64,000 nucleotides of DNA from an uncultured Eubacterium sp. (GCA_937966095.1 CALCKF010000101.1:4190-68189), one strand, 5' to 3'. Counted from the stretch's first letter, positions 37,506 to 47,244 are shown. Notes: a model not told the origin generated them from the sequence alone. Made by a program: numbers and translations.

Positions 37506-38177
37506 TTATATTTTATTTACCAATTTCAATACTTTTTCTATTCTATCATCAATAATAAGATTTCCATTTTTTATAATAACCCCTCTATCACACCATTTTT
37601 CAGCCATTTCATGAGAGCCATCAAACAGTAAAAATGTTCCTCCATTTTGCGCGAACATTTCTATTCTATCTCGGCATTTTTCTATGAATGATCCATCATT
37701 TAATATAAAAGTATGATCTACTACAAGAATATTACAAGGAATGTGTAAACCTATGGCAAAAGCTAATTTTTTTTTCATGATACTTGAATATATTTTTACA
37801 GGATTATCTATAGTCATACCGGTTTCTGCAAAATCTATTATTTCTTCTTCCATTGCTTCGATATTAGATTTATCAATATCTAACGACAATTCATTATTGA
37901 ATATGTTTTTTCTCCCACTCATTCTCAAGTTAAAAAAATCATCTATATTGCTTAATGATTTTATAATTCCATTCAAACGCATACATCCAAAAGAATGCTC
38001 TGTTTTACCTATCAAAAGGTTAGGTAAAATTTTTTTATCAATAGGCGCTTTATTTTTTTGAAAAATTGCTACTTTTTCCCCTGTTTTAATAGAAAATGAA
38101 AAATCTTTTATTATATCTGTTTTTTTTTCATTTTTTATATTTATATTATTCAATTTTATAACTACTGTTGTTTTCAT
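37506..38177 (-). CDS. Degenerate (catalytically dead) TagH-like ABC nucleotide-binding-domain paralogue
   Basis: Aligns by eye along its length with ORF 29691..30440. Walker A is lost (IFQKNKAPIDKKI versus IVGENGSGKSTLL), the signature reads YSSIM, and Walker B reads LVVDH instead of LLIDE. Confidence 0.65.
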   Translation of the reverse strand: MKTTVVIKLNNINIKNEKKTDIIKDFSFSIKTGEKVAIFQKNKAPIDKKILPNLLIGKTEHSFGCMRLNGIIKSLSNIDDFFNLRMSGRKNIFNNELSLDIDKSNIEAMEEEIIDFAETGMTIDNPVKIYSSIMKKKLAFAIGLHIPCNILVVDHTFILNDGSFIEKCRDRIEMFAQNGGTFLLFDGSHEMAEKWCDRGVIIKNGNLIIDDRIEKVLKLVNKI

Positions 38178-38282
38178 TTTAATCAGCCTTGGCGAGCTTT
38201 ATTATCTGCTCACGCCATACTATATGTTCTTTTATTATGCCGAATAATGTGACCACTTCTTCTCTACCGTCTATATTATTTT

Positions 38283-38333
38283 TAACCTGTTTCAGGTTAG
38301 TCGAGCACCAAAAAATTAACCTGAAACAGGTTA
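38283..38333. promoter_or_regulatory. Pair of palindromic operator-like sites AACCTG-N3-CAGGTT
   Basis: TAACCTGTTTCAGGTTA (38283..38299) and TAACCTGAAACAGGTTA (38317..38333) are perfect reverse complements, and each is itself a 6+6 palindrome. A third half-site TTTCAGGTTA lies at 38433..38442. All sit in the divergent region between the glycopolymer operon and the XRE gene. Confidence 0.45.
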
Positions 38334-38533
38334 TTCTTTTGTTTTAAGTATAACCCCCTCTGTATCTTTAGTCAAGGAAAACAGCCATTTTTATACATAA
38401 AACGATATTTTTCCACATTACGAATTAATCTATTTCAGGTTAAAACAAATTCATTACACGCTTATGTTCTATAATCAATTCTGTATATATATCGACTGAA
38501 TTATTTATTTTGCTTACGGAGGGACTGTAATTA

Positions 38534-38767
38534 ATGTACAGGAGAATCAGGGATTTGAGAAATGATCACGATATCACACAGAAGGAGCTTGCCAAGATAC
38601 TGGGAATGTCCCAGACAGGCTACTCCAAATATGAGACCGGTGAAAACGATATACCGACTGAGATATTGATACGTCTTGCGGATTACTACAATGTAAGTAT
38701 AGATTATCTGCTGGACCAGACGGACTGCAAGAAGAGATACAGAACGAGAGCTGCTTCAAGAAAATGA
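38534..38767 (+). CDS. XRE-family helix-turn-helix transcriptional regulator
   Basis: 77 aa. RIRDLRNDHDITQKELAKILGMSQTGYSKYETGENDIPTEILIRLADYYNVSIDYLL is a classic HTH_3 domain. RBS is GGAGGGA. Confidence 0.9.
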   Translation: MYRRIRDLRNDHDITQKELAKILGMSQTGYSKYETGENDIPTEILIRLADYYNVSIDYLLDQTDCKKRYRTRAASRK

Positions 38768-38801
38768 ACGGCTCTTTTTTTATACAAAATGATCAAAATA
38801 T

Positions 38802-38834
38802 AAAAAATACAAGACAGCTTCGGCTGTCTTGTAT
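38802..38834 (-). terminator. Rho-independent terminator downstream of tRNA-Leu
   Basis: On the minus strand, stem TACAAGACAGC / GCTGTCTTGTA with a CGAA loop is followed by TTTTTT. Confidence 0.7.
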
Positions 38835-38837
38835 ATA

Positions 38838-38924
38838 TGGTGCGGATAAGAGGATTCGAACCTCCATGAAGTTGCCCTCACACGGACCTGAACCGTGCGC
38901 GTCTGCCAATTCCGCCATATCCGC
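38838..38924 (-). tRNA. tRNA-Leu (anticodon CAG), class II with long variable arm, CCA encoded
   Basis: The reverse complement is GCGGATATGGCGGAATTGGCAGACGCGCACGGTTCAGGTCCGTGTGAGGGCAACTTCATGGAGGTTCGAATCCTCTTATCCGCACCA. Acceptor stem is GCGGATA/TATCCGC. The anticodon stem CACGG/CCGTG carries loop TTCAGGT. The T-arm is GGAGGTTCGAATCCTCT. Confidence 0.92.
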
Positions 38925-38961
38925 AGATGGGTCGCTTTCATTTAATTCAAGCGACTCATTT

Positions 38962-38989
38962 ATTATACTACATTTCAGGATTTATGCAA
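38962..38989 (-). promoter_or_regulatory. Sigma-A type promoter for tRNA-Leu
   Basis: Minus strand reads TTGCAT - 16 nt - TATAAT, about 35 nt upstream of the mature tRNA 5' end. Confidence 0.55.
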
Positions 38990-39035
38990 GATATATTTTG
39001 CTTTATTTTATTTTTTTAGCGGATCTTTATCTGCA

Positions 39036-40433
39036 TTATTCCCTGCTTGCTTTAACAAGTTCGGCTATACAGTCATCCCATCCCTGTATCAGACGGTCTA
39101 TATCCTCATCTGACGTAACAGGCGATATCAGCATCATATTATGGAACGGTGTGATAAGTATGCCTCTGTTAGAAAGGAATATATGCATGTAGTACATAAG
39201 CTGCCAGTCAAAATTGTTCTTTGCTTCCGTACCGTTTTTAGGAAGGGTAGGCATGAACTGAAGCTCACATCTGGCGCCGGATCTTGTCAGGCTCCACTCC
39301 ACTCCATGCTTTGCGATGACTTTTTCAAGTCCGTCTGACAGTCTGTTCTGTCCTCTGAACATCTTTTCAAAAGCTTCTTCTGTAGCAACGTTTGCCAGTG
39401 TCTCTCTCATAGCTGCAATAGCAAACTGATTAGCTGCCAGCGTTCCTCCTATACCCATAGGGTCAGATACTCCGGCATTGCCGTATGTCTCATTGATCTT
39501 GTCGGTTATCTCCTTTGTGAAGCCGTATACCGCTACAGGTATACCTCCGGCTATGGATTTGCCCAGCGTCACAAAGTCAGGTTTGAGGCCCCACGCCCTG
39601 GTGCATCCTCCATATCCGTTGGAAAGTGTATGGGTCTCATCTATTATCATATATGTTCCGTATTTGGTACAGAGTTCTCTCAGACCCTCCAGATAACCTT
39701 CTGCCGGAAGCACCATGCCGCAGTTTGTCATCACAGGTTCAAGAAGCACTGCAGCAACATCTCTATGAGCAAGCTCTCTTTCGGCTGCTTCAAGATCGTT
39801 GAACTCAACTACTCTGGTGAGCTGATCCTTCGGAAGGCCTGGATTCGAATCATATTCTGTTCTCAATGCCAGTTTCCCCTCTTCATTTATATGAGGCAGT
39901 GTCTCATCAAGGCTTCCGTGGTAACATTCCTGCATAACCATTATCTTAGGTCTTCCTGTGAGTGCTCTTGCATTCCTTATAGTGTATCTGTTGGCTTCCG
40001 TAGCTGTCATAGCTACCTGCCATGTAGGAAGACCGAATCTCTTTTCAAGTTCTTTTCCTATTTCCAAAGCATCCAATGTAGGCATCATCGTGGTTATGCC
40101 CTTTCTGACCTGCTCGGCTACCCTGTCGGCTGTGGCCTCGGGAGAATGACCGAACATTGCTCCTGTATCTCCCAGACAGAAATCCACATACTCATTGCCG
40201 TCGATATCTATGCATCTGTTTCCCCTGGCTTCTTTGAGGAATATAGGGTGTTCTGTGCCCCAGTCACCCATCCAAGGCATAGGTACTCCGTTCAGAAGGT
40301 TCTCATGAGCCTTGTCGAAAGCCTCCTTGCTTTTTTTAGTGCGCTCGTTGAATATGGCATCTTCCTTGGCTCTAAGTTTTGCCAGCTGTTCATCTGTCAC
40401 CAGTCTGTAGGGACTCTTTTTATCTGTTATCAT
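39036..40433 (-). CDS. Class III (PLP-dependent) aminotransferase / aminomutase-family protein
   Basis: Fold-type I class III features are present (CYHGS, IIDETHT, TLGKSIAGGIP with the PLP Lys). The track start at 40451 is probably too long, since AAGGAGAG sits 6 nt before the ATG at 40433. Confidence 0.8.
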   Translation of the reverse strand: MITDKKSPYRLVTDEQLAKLRAKEDAIFNERTKKSKEAFDKAHENLLNGVPMPWMGDWGTEHPIFLKEARGNRCIDIDGNEYVDFCLGDTGAMFGHSPEATADRVAEQVRKGITTMMPTLDALEIGKELEKRFGLPTWQVAMTATEANRYTIRNARALTGRPKIMVMQECYHGSLDETLPHINEEGKLALRTEYDSNPGLPKDQLTRVVEFNDLEAAERELAHRDVAAVLLEPVMTNCGMVLPAEGYLEGLRELCTKYGTYMIIDETHTLSNGYGGCTRAWGLKPDFVTLGKSIAGGIPVAVYGFTKEITDKINETYGNAGVSDPMGIGGTLAANQFAIAAMRETLANVATEEAFEKMFRGQNRLSDGLEKVIAKHGVEWSLTRSGARCELQFMPTLPKNGTEAKNNFDWQLMYYMHIFLSNRGILITPFHNMMLISPVTSDEDIDRLIQGWDDCIAELVKASRE

Positions 40434-40484
40434 TTTACTCTCCTTGTTCATCTGTAATATTATATAACTTATACAAAATATATA

Positions 40485-40500
40485 AGCAATCTTTATGCCA
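40485..40500 (-). promoter_or_regulatory. Sigma-54 (-24/-12) promoter for the aminotransferase gene
   Basis: The minus strand reads TGGCATAAAGATTGCT, matching TGGCAC-N5-TTGCW with exact GG/GC spacing. It lies about 50 nt upstream of the ATG and diverges from a sigma-54 activator gene. Confidence 0.75.
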
Positions 40501-40561
40501 AGTTATAAAACCGCTGATTTAAGAGGTTTTATGCGATAAAACTATCATTTTACGCCACATA

Positions 40562-40601
40562 ATTGTCATTTCTGAAAATTTTTATTTTCAAAAATGACAA
40601 T
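40562..40601. promoter_or_regulatory. Candidate enhancer (UAS) inverted repeat for the sigma-54 activator
   Basis: ATTGTCATTTCTGAAAAT - TTTT - ATTTTCAAAAATGACAAT, with 17 of 18 positions complementary. Lies 62-101 bp upstream of the -24 element. Confidence 0.45.
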
Positions 40602-40640
40602 AAAATGTATAATTATAATATCATTACAGGGGGTGATCAG

Positions 40641-42083
40641 ATGTCTTTATCTACTATACAGGATACTGTACAGCAAATAGCCAATGCGATAACTGCCGCT
40701 CTGGAACTGGAAACAGAGATAGTGGATCATACACTGCTGATAATCGGCGGTACAGGCAGGTACTTTGAAAAAATAGGCACATATGAGGAAAACGGAGATC
40801 TGGATTCTCCATATGTATATGCCGATTGTCTTAAAAACGGAGAGGAATATATAAACTTTGATCCGTCATCAGACATCAGATATGATTCAAAGGAAAATGA
40901 ACTTGCGGAAATCTGCTGCCCCATAAAAATAGAAGACCGTACCGTCGGTCTGATAGGACTTGTCGCATTCACGGAAAATCAGCGACAGAAAATGATAGAT
41001 AAGACACTTGCTTTCAGGACATTCCTGCGTATAATGTCGGAGCTGATCAGCGGAAAGCTTATCCTTTCCCAGAACAATACCGATCTGAAAAGCACCATTT
41101 CCTCTCTGCTTTCGACTGCAGATACTTACATGTCCTCCGACAGCATCATAAGCGTCAGCCCTGAGATGCTAAAGCTGAAAAAAAGAGCTCTCCAGGTGGC
41201 GCAGAGCGATTCGACAATACTTATCACCGGCGAGAGCGGTACGGGAAAGGGGCTTCTTGCCATGTCGATCCATGAAAACAGCAGAAGATCCCACATGCCG
41301 TTTATAACGGTCAACTGTGCAGCGATACCTGAGATGCTGCTGGAAAGTGAGCTTTTCGGATATGAAAAAGGCGCTTTCACCGGTGCTGAAAAAACCGGTA
41401 AACTCGGAAAATTCCAGCTGGCCGATAAGGGAACCATTTTTCTCGACGAAATAGGTGACATGCCTCTGCATTTACAGGTAAAACTGCTTACATGTCTGCA
41501 GAACCGTCAGGTCGATCCTGTCGGAAGCACTCATCCGGTGGATGTGGATGTTAGAGTGATAGCCGCCACCAACAAAGATCTTGAAAGTATGATACGCAAC
41601 AATCAGTTCAGAGAAGACCTGTATTTCAGACTTAATGTCATACCTCTATACATCCCTCCTCTTCGCCAGCGTCCCGAAGATATAGATGTGCTGGTAGATC
41701 ACGCAATAGAAAAATTCAGCCGTAAGCTCAACAAGGGCATACTTGGCATCTCTTCGTCTGCCAGAGATGCTCTGAACAGGTACGAATGGCCGGGTAACGT
41801 AAGAGAAATAGAGAACGCTATAGAATATGCCATAAACATGGAAAATACGCCTGAGATACAGACTTCAAGTCTTCCCGACAAAATAGCGGCATCCGGGAGT
41901 GCGCCTGATACCGCAGGAAATCTAAAGAGCCGTCTTTCTTCGGCTGAACGGAAGATCATATCGGAATGCCTCGATGCGACAGGGTATTCTCTCCGGGGCA
42001 AACGCAAAGCCGCAGAGCTACTCGGTATAAGTGAATCCACTCTTTACCGCAGGATGAGAGCTCTCGGCCTCATGAAAAAATAA
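40641..42083 (+). CDS. Sigma-54-dependent transcriptional activator (N-terminal sensory domain, AAA+, Fis-type HTH)
   Basis: Walker [15 protein letters not shown] loop ([10 protein letters not shown]) and C-terminal HTH ([16 protein letters not shown]) are present. I start it at the ATG at 40641 (GGGGGTG RBS). The track's 40563 extension covers the inverted repeat. Confidence 0.88.
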   Translation: MSLSTIQDTVQQIANAITAALELETEIVDHTLLIIGGTGRYFEKIGTYEENGDLDSPYVYADCLKNGEEYINFDPSSDIRYDSKENELAEICCPIKIEDRTVGLIGLVAFTENQRQKMIDKTLAFRTFLRIMSELISGKLILSQNNTDLKSTISSLLSTADTYMSSDSIISVSPEMLKLKKRALQVAQSDSTILITGESGTGKGLLAMSIHENSRRSHMPFITVNCAAIPEMLLESELFGYEKGAFTGAEKTGKLGKFQLADKGTIFLDEIGDMPLHLQVKLLTCLQNRQVDPVGSTHPVDVDVRVIAATNKDLESMIRNNQFREDLYFRLNVIPLYIPPLRQRPEDIDVLVDHAIEKFSRKLNKGILGISSSARDALNRYEWPGNVREIENAIEYAINMENTPEIQTSSLPDKIAASGSAPDTAGNLKSRLSSAERKIISECLDATGYSLRGKRKAAELLGISESTLYRRMRALGLMKK

Positions 42084-42090
42084 GAAGTAT

Positions 42091-42440
42091 TGGGCAAGAC
42101 ATAAGCCGGGTTCTGTATCAAGCAATCATCTATCTTGGCATGCTGTTACCAGCAAGCTCATGCGACCTACCTCCCGGGCAGCGACGGGCCGCCGCATTTA
42201 CTGCCCTATTTTGGTCTTGCTCCGGATGGGGTTTACACGAAAGATATGTTACCATACCTCTCTGTGAGCTCTTACCTCGCAATTTCACCCTTGCCACGGC
42301 ATTATCCGTTTCGGCGGTATGTTTCTGTTGCACTTTCCCTATAGTTACCTACGCCGGACGTTATCCGGCATCCTCGCCCTGCGGAGCCCGGACTTTCCTC
42401 ATATATCACAGGATATACGCGATTGCCTGTCTTACCCAAA
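42091..42440 (-). ncRNA. rnpB: RNase P RNA (bacterial type A-like)
   Basis: The minus strand contains GAGGAAAGTCCGGGCTCC, AGGGAAAGTGCAACAGAAACATACCGCC, GGTAAGAGCTCAC and ACAGAACCCGGCTTAT. The ends pair as P1 (TGGGTAAGAC / GTCTTGCCCA). Ends are accurate to about 5 nt. Confidence 0.9.
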
Positions 42441-42495
42441 AAATAACTGATCCTTTCATTTATAACATATAGCAGCTGTTTTGTAAAGGAATCAT

Positions 42496-43353
42496 TTACA
42501 TGACCTTGAATGGATCCGGGCAGACCGAAGATTCCATTATATCCACCTTTTCTCCCAGTTTTTTTTCGAGCTTCATTTTCATATTGCCGGCGAAAAATTT
42601 TTCAGTGCCATAATGACCTGCATCAAGAAGACAGATGCCGTTTTCAGCGGCAGCTCTTGCCTGATGGTATCTGACATCTCCGGTTATCATCACCTGACAG
42701 CCTGCATCTGCAGCCATTTTTATGAAATCGGCTCCTGCCCCTGTGCATATACCCACCCTGCTTATATCCGTATCCATATCACCGACAGCTTTCAGTTCTC
42801 TCAGGCTCATATCCAGCCTTTCGGCGGCATATCCGATAAACTCCATATATCTCATCGGTTTCCTGAGTTTACCGATCCTCCCTATATCACCATCATCCAT
42901 CGCCGATGCCATTTTAGCAGGTGAAGATATATCTTTACCGTTAAGATTCTTTACCGATGACAGCTCTAACAGCTCCGCCAGCATATCATTATTGCCTCCC
43001 TTGACCTTGTCAAAAGGAGTATGACATGAATATACGGATATCCTGTTTTCTATCAGCTTAAATATAAGGCGGCCGCTGTAGCTGCTGTCTTTTATGGATC
43101 TGATATCTCCGAATATAAGCGGATGATGACTTATTATCATACCGGCTCCATGTTTTATCGCCTCATCTGCCACTTCTTCATCTGCATCAAGGCATGTAAC
43201 CGCTTTGATGACAGGCTCGCTTTCAAATCCTATCAGCAGTCCGCTGTTATCCCATGATTCCTGAAGCACTGCAGGTGCGATCTCCTCCAGTGCATCTGCT
43301 ATCTCCGCTACAGTTATGAATCTTTCATTTTTCGCTTTCCCTGTTTCTTCCAC
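42496..43353 (-). CDS. Nif3-like dinuclear-metal-centre protein (YqfO family)
   Basis: WDNSGLLIG, ISHHPLIF and TGDVRYHQA motifs are present. Conserved position downstream of rpoD and trmK. Confidence 0.85.
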   Translation of the reverse strand: MEETGKAKNERFITVAEIADALEEIAPAVLQESWDNSGLLIGFESEPVIKAVTCLDADEEVADEAIKHGAGMIISHHPLIFGDIRSIKDSSYSGRLIFKLIENRISVYSCHTPFDKVKGGNNDMLAELLELSSVKNLNGKDISSPAKMASAMDDGDIGRIGKLRKPMRYMEFIGYAAERLDMSLRELKAVGDMDTDISRVGICTGAGADFIKMAADAGCQVMITGDVRYHQARAAAENGICLLDAGHYGTEKFFAGNMKMKLEKKLGEKVDIMESSVCPDPFKVM

Positions 43354-44107
43354 TTCCTACCTCCTTCAAAAGACACTCCAGATAACGTATCTCACGGCAT
43401 ATTTCTTCTTCCAGGCTGCAGTTTCTTTCCTTTGCCAGCATCACACTTTCCAGTTTCACCTTTGAACTTTCTATATGCCCGTCAAGAAAATCCATTACAG
43501 GTCCATCGGCATCTGTTATCCACGGCGGTATACGGTAAACTATATTTCCTGCACTCTTCTCTGCCTGTCTTATACTGTCAACTGACATACCTTTTACAGG
43601 CTCCGATCCATTTACCGCCCCCAGCGGAGTCAGCACCGTGATTATTTCAGGGATATGCCGTCCCTCTCTTACCAGATCATCACTTATAATGACAAATCCG
43701 TTTTCAATAAGCCACCTGCGCAGCTCTCCCTGTCCTATACGCGGCTGCAGTATGTACTTTTTGAAAGACATGGTCAATTCCATATCCTCTGCCATTATAT
43801 CTCTTATGAGCTTCCCTCCCATACCGGCGATAACTATCGTATCAACTTCACTTTTGCCCAGAGGAACAAGTCCGTCTCCGACTCTGAATTCTGCTGCCTC
43901 TGTCTGCTCTCCAAGATATATCACAGCATTCTCTTCAGCCTTCATAAGTGATTTTTCACTTATATCTGTCATTATCACCCTGGGGCACATAGCATTCTGG
44001 AGCATATACAACGGCAAAAAACCATGGTCGGTTCCGATGTCGGCCATGGTTTCCCCTTTATTTATGCTCTGCGCCATTTTTTCCAGTCTGTCGCTTAAAT
44101 TTATCAT
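43325..44107 (-). CDS. trmK: tRNA (adenine22-N1)-methyltransferase
   Basis: N-terminus LSDRLEKMAQSINKGETMADIGTDHGFLPLYMLQN is typical of TrmK/YqfN. Confidence 0.8.
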   Translation of the reverse strand: MINLSDRLEKMAQSINKGETMADIGTDHGFLPLYMLQNAMCPRVIMTDISEKSLMKAEENAVIYLGEQTEAAEFRVGDGLVPLGKSEVDTIVIAGMGGKLIRDIMAEDMELTMSFKKYILQPRIGQGELRRWLIENGFVIISDDLVREGRHIPEIITVLTPLGAVNGSEPVKGMSVDSIRQAEKSAGNIVYRIPPWITDADGPVMDFLDGHIESSKVKLESVMLAKERNCSLEEEICREIRYLECLLKEVGSGRNRESEK

Positions 44108-44122
44108 TTTATCTGTCCTCTG

Positions 44123-45370
44123 CTACTCAAGATAATCTTTGAGTTTTTTGCTTCTGGTAGGATGTCTCAGTTTTCTCAGGGCTTTTGCTTCTATCTGTCT
44201 TATCCTCTCACGTGTAACGTCAAATTTTTTGCCCACTTCTTCAAGAGTCCTTGCTCTTCCGTCCTCCAGTCCGAACCTGAGCTTAAGCACTTTCTGCTCT
44301 CTTTCCGTAAGGGTTCCCAGAACATCTACCAGCTGCTCCTTGAGCATGGAAAATGCAGCCGCTTCTGCAGGTGCCGGTGCATCGTCATCCGGTATGAAAT
44401 CTCCCAGATGGCTGTCTTCTTCTTCACCGATCGGAGTTTCAAGTGAAACGGGCTCCTGAGCTATCTTGAGTATTTCACGTACTTTTTCCACTGATATACC
44501 CATTTCGTCTGCTATCTCATCAGGAGTAGGCTCTCTTCCCTGCTCCTGCAGCAGCTGTCTCGATACTCTTATAAGCTTGTTGATGGTTTCCACCATATGG
44601 ACAGGTATCCTTATCGTTCTGGCCTGGTCTGCTATGGATCTTGTTATGGCCTGCCTTATCCACCATGTCGCATATGTGCTGAATTTATATCCCTTGGTCC
44701 AGTCAAACTTGTCCACTGCCTTTATAAGGCCAAGATTGCCTTCCTGTATAAGATCAAGGAACAACATGCCTCTTCCGACATATTTCTTGGCTATGCTCAC
44801 AACAAGACGGAGATTTGCCTCGCAAAGCTTCTGTTTCGCATACTCATCGCCCTGCTCCATCCTCTTGGCCAGATCTATTTCCTCCTGTGCCGTAAGAAGC
44901 GGCACCTTTCCGATTTCCTTAAGATACATTCGCACAGGATCGTCTACAGCGATATTCTTGGATATGGTAGCCTCAAGATCTATTTCTTTTGCATCAGGAT
45001 TTTCTGCTATCACGGCATCGACTTCGGGATCATCGACTTCTTCCTTATCTATCTCCATAAGATCTATATCATCAGGCTCACTTTCAAGTACGACTTCTAT
45101 GCCTTTTCCCATGAGTCCCTCATATATATCCTCCATCTGATCCTTGTCCAGTTCTATATTGCCTATTCTGTCTGATATCTCTGTATAGGTCAGCACATTT
45201 TTCTGCTTTGCGGATGCTTTCTCCACAAGGTCGTTTATTATCTGTGTTTTCATATCATCGTTCAAAACGATGTCGGTCACTTCATTTTCTGCTTGCATGT
45301 TCTTTTCTTTTTTCATCGTTTTTCCCTCAAAAATCTCCTCATCCATTTTTTTTGCTTCGTTTTCTCTCAT
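44123..45370 (-). CDS. rpoD: Primary RNA polymerase sigma factor (sigma-70/SigA)
   Basis: Regions 2-4 are intact ([67 protein letters not shown]). Acidic N-terminal region. Confidence 0.95.
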   Translation of the reverse strand: MRENEAKKMDEEIFEGKTMKKEKNMQAENEVTDIVLNDDMKTQIINDLVEKASAKQKNVLTYTEISDRIGNIELDKDQMEDIYEGLMGKGIEVVLESEPDDIDLMEIDKEEVDDPEVDAVIAENPDAKEIDLEATISKNIAVDDPVRMYLKEIGKVPLLTAQEEIDLAKRMEQGDEYAKQKLCEANLRLVVSIAKKYVGRGMLFLDLIQEGNLGLIKAVDKFDWTKGYKFSTYATWWIRQAITRSIADQARTIRIPVHMVETINKLIRVSRQLLQEQGREPTPDEIADEMGISVEKVREILKIAQEPVSLETPIGEEEDSHLGDFIPDDDAPAPAEAAAFSMLKEQLVDVLGTLTEREQKVLKLRFGLEDGRARTLEEVGKKFDVTRERIRQIEAKALRKLRHPTRSKKLKDYLE

Positions 45371-47157
45371 CCTGTACTCCTCTGTTTCTTTATCCTTTTC
45401 TGAATATCTATAAGCTGCTGTGTAAGATCCACGATCTGATCGTGATTCTCATCCTCGTCTGCCAGCGAAAGTCTGGTTATTATCTCCTTTTCCTTTTCTT
45501 TCAGGAAATCATTCCTGGCCTTTTCGATACAATCCCTGAAAATCGTATCTTCCGTACCCGGAGGTACGACTTTTTTCTCTATTTCCTCCAGACATCTCAG
45601 GCCCTTTTCATCCAGCATATCTCTAAGCCGGTCCAATTCAAGCGGTCGTCCGCCGTCATCTGCCGAAATCATGCTCTGATACAGCATTTTCCCCGTGCCG
45701 GATGAAAACAGAAAGTCTTCTATATCATCCGGTATATCAGTATATTTAGTGTCCAGAAGCATCAGCTTCAGCACATCCTGCTCCAGTAACGTCACATCAT
45801 CGTTATCCTGTACATCTTCAGCATCGCCGCCCGGACTGATATACGTCTCCACATCTCTTTCCTGACTATTATTGCCTAAATATTCAAATCTTATAGCACC
45901 TTCCGATATACCGGTCTCTTCGGCCAGTTTTTTTATGTATATATCTGCCTCGACAGGCTTCATTTCTTTGAGTACTCTTACGGCCTCATCCAGAAACTCT
46001 ATGCGCTGTTCCTGATCATCCAGATCATATCTTTCTCTTACCATTCCCAGTTTGAAATCTCCATACGGCGCCGCCATATCCACGAGTTGTGTAAAAGCTT
46101 TTTTACCGTTAGACCTTATGAATTCATCAGGATCTTTTCCCTGGGTAACTTTCAGGACACGGGCTCTGCATCCGCCTTTATACAGGATATCCAGGCCTCT
46201 CAGTGCAGCATTCTGTCCTGCCTGATCGGCATCGTATGAAAGGATCACATTTTTAGTATACCGTCTTATGAGTCTCACCTGATTTTCAGTCAGTGCCGTT
46301 CCGAGAGATGCGGATACGTTTCTCACACCGTTCTGATATAGAGAAATGACATCCATATAGCCTTCCACAAGTATTATGGAATCCTCTTTTCTAACTTCCT
46401 TACCTGTAAGATTCATACCGTAAAGGTTATCTTTTTTATGAAATATGGCAGATTCCTGTGAATTCAGATATTTAGGCTCTCCCTCGTCTATTATCCTGCC
46501 GCCGAATCCTATCACCTTTCCACCTGTATTTATAATAGGAAACATTACCCTGTTTCTGAATTTATCAAAAACTTTTCCCTTTGACACAGATACAAGTCCC
46601 AGCTCTGCCAGCTTGGCGTCATCATAACCTTTCTTTCTCAGATGATCGCGCAGACTGTCCCACTGTCCGTCAGCATAGCCTATACCGAAGCGGTTCATGA
46701 TATCTTCGCCTATGCCTCTCTGCTTCATATATGTGTATCCCGGATTTGCTTTTTCTCTCATTGCTTTATAGAAAAAAACTGCCGCCTGACGGTTTATCTC
46801 ATAAAGTTCTTCCTTTCTCCGGCCTCCTCTAAAAGCGCCTGATGTATCTATTCCGTACTCTCTGCCCAGCATCTCCACCGCGCCTTTGAAGTCCAGATTA
46901 TAGTATCTTTTCACAAATTCCAGCACATCTCCTGTTGCACCGCATCCGAAGCATGTGAATATCTGTTTGGTTTCGGAAACAACAAAAGAAGGTGTTTTTT
47001 CATTGTGAAACGGGCAGACACCTTTGTAATTGCTCCCTGATCTTTTCAGAGGAACCACTCTGCCTATCACATCCACAATATTACACCTGCTTTTTATTTC
47101 ATCTGCTATATTCACATTATTATTGATGTTCACTTTTGCCCCTCTTAAAACCAACAC
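45367..47157 (-). CDS. dnaG: DNA primase
   Basis: Zinc ribbon [11 protein letters not shown]...CFGCG and TOPRIM region ([22 protein letters not shown]) are present. 4-nt overlap with rpoD. Confidence 0.93.
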   Translation of the reverse strand: MLVLRGAKVNINNNVNIADEIKSRCNIVDVIGRVVPLKRSGSNYKGVCPFHNEKTPSFVVSETKQIFTCFGCGATGDVLEFVKRYYNLDFKGAVEMLGREYGIDTSGAFRGGRRKEELYEINRQAAVFFYKAMREKANPGYTYMKQRGIGEDIMNRFGIGYADGQWDSLRDHLRKKGYDDAKLAELGLVSVSKGKVFDKFRNRVMFPIINTGGKVIGFGGRIIDEGEPKYLNSQESAIFHKKDNLYGMNLTGKEVRKEDSIILVEGYMDVISLYQNGVRNVSASLGTALTENQVRLIRRYTKNVILSYDADQAGQNAALRGLDILYKGGCRARVLKVTQGKDPDEFIRSNGKKAFTQLVDMAAPYGDFKLGMVRERYDLDDQEQRIEFLDEAVRVLKEMKPVEADIYIKKLAEETGISEGAIRFEYLGNNSQERDVETYISPGGDAEDVQDNDDVTLLEQDVLKLMLLDTKYTDIPDDIEDFLFSSGTGKMLYQSMISADDGGRPLELDRLRDMLDEKGLRCLEEIEKKVVPPGTEDTIFRDCIEKARNDFLKEKEKEIITRLSLADEDENHDQIVDLTQQLIDIQKRIKKQRSTG

Positions 47158-47244
47158 TTACTTTATATATACGACAAAAGTCACCACTTTCCTTTTTTTA
47201 TTACAAAAAAATTTTGCTTTTCTGCTATTATTTTTATTATTTTT

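Noticed and set aside
38179-38337. Open minus-strand frame ending ...NNIDGREEVVTLFGIIKEHIVWREQIIKLAKAD* 1 nt before the dead-ABC gene start
   Set aside because: There is no ATG in the roughly 53-codon frame, only an internal GTG with a weak RBS giving 25 aa. It may be the 3' remnant of a lost gene, but I cannot support a call. The palindromic sites lie inside it.
39630-40457. 275-aa plus-strand ORF, plus similar long antisense ORFs at 44466..45140, 20611..21288, 19244..19888, 8159..8791 and 13338..13901
   Set aside because: Each is antisense to a gene with unambiguous family motifs (aminotransferase, RpoD, LCP, GHKL, Ig-giant, kinase). The translations are low-complexity and Ser/Leu/Ile-rich with no motifs.
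40563-40640. N-terminal 26-codon extension of the sigma-54 activator ORF ([14 protein letters not shown]...)
   Set aside because: The extension covers the 18-bp inverted repeat and has no RBS. The ATG at 40641 is preceded by GGGGGTG at proper spacing.
42130-42472. Three ORFs of 67-110 aa on both strands (42130..42333 -, 42135..42344 +, 42140..42472 +)
   Set aside because: They lie entirely within the RNase P RNA gene, whose conserved CR-I, CR-II and CR-V motifs and P1 pairing are present on the minus strand. They are chance frames in GC-rich structured RNA.
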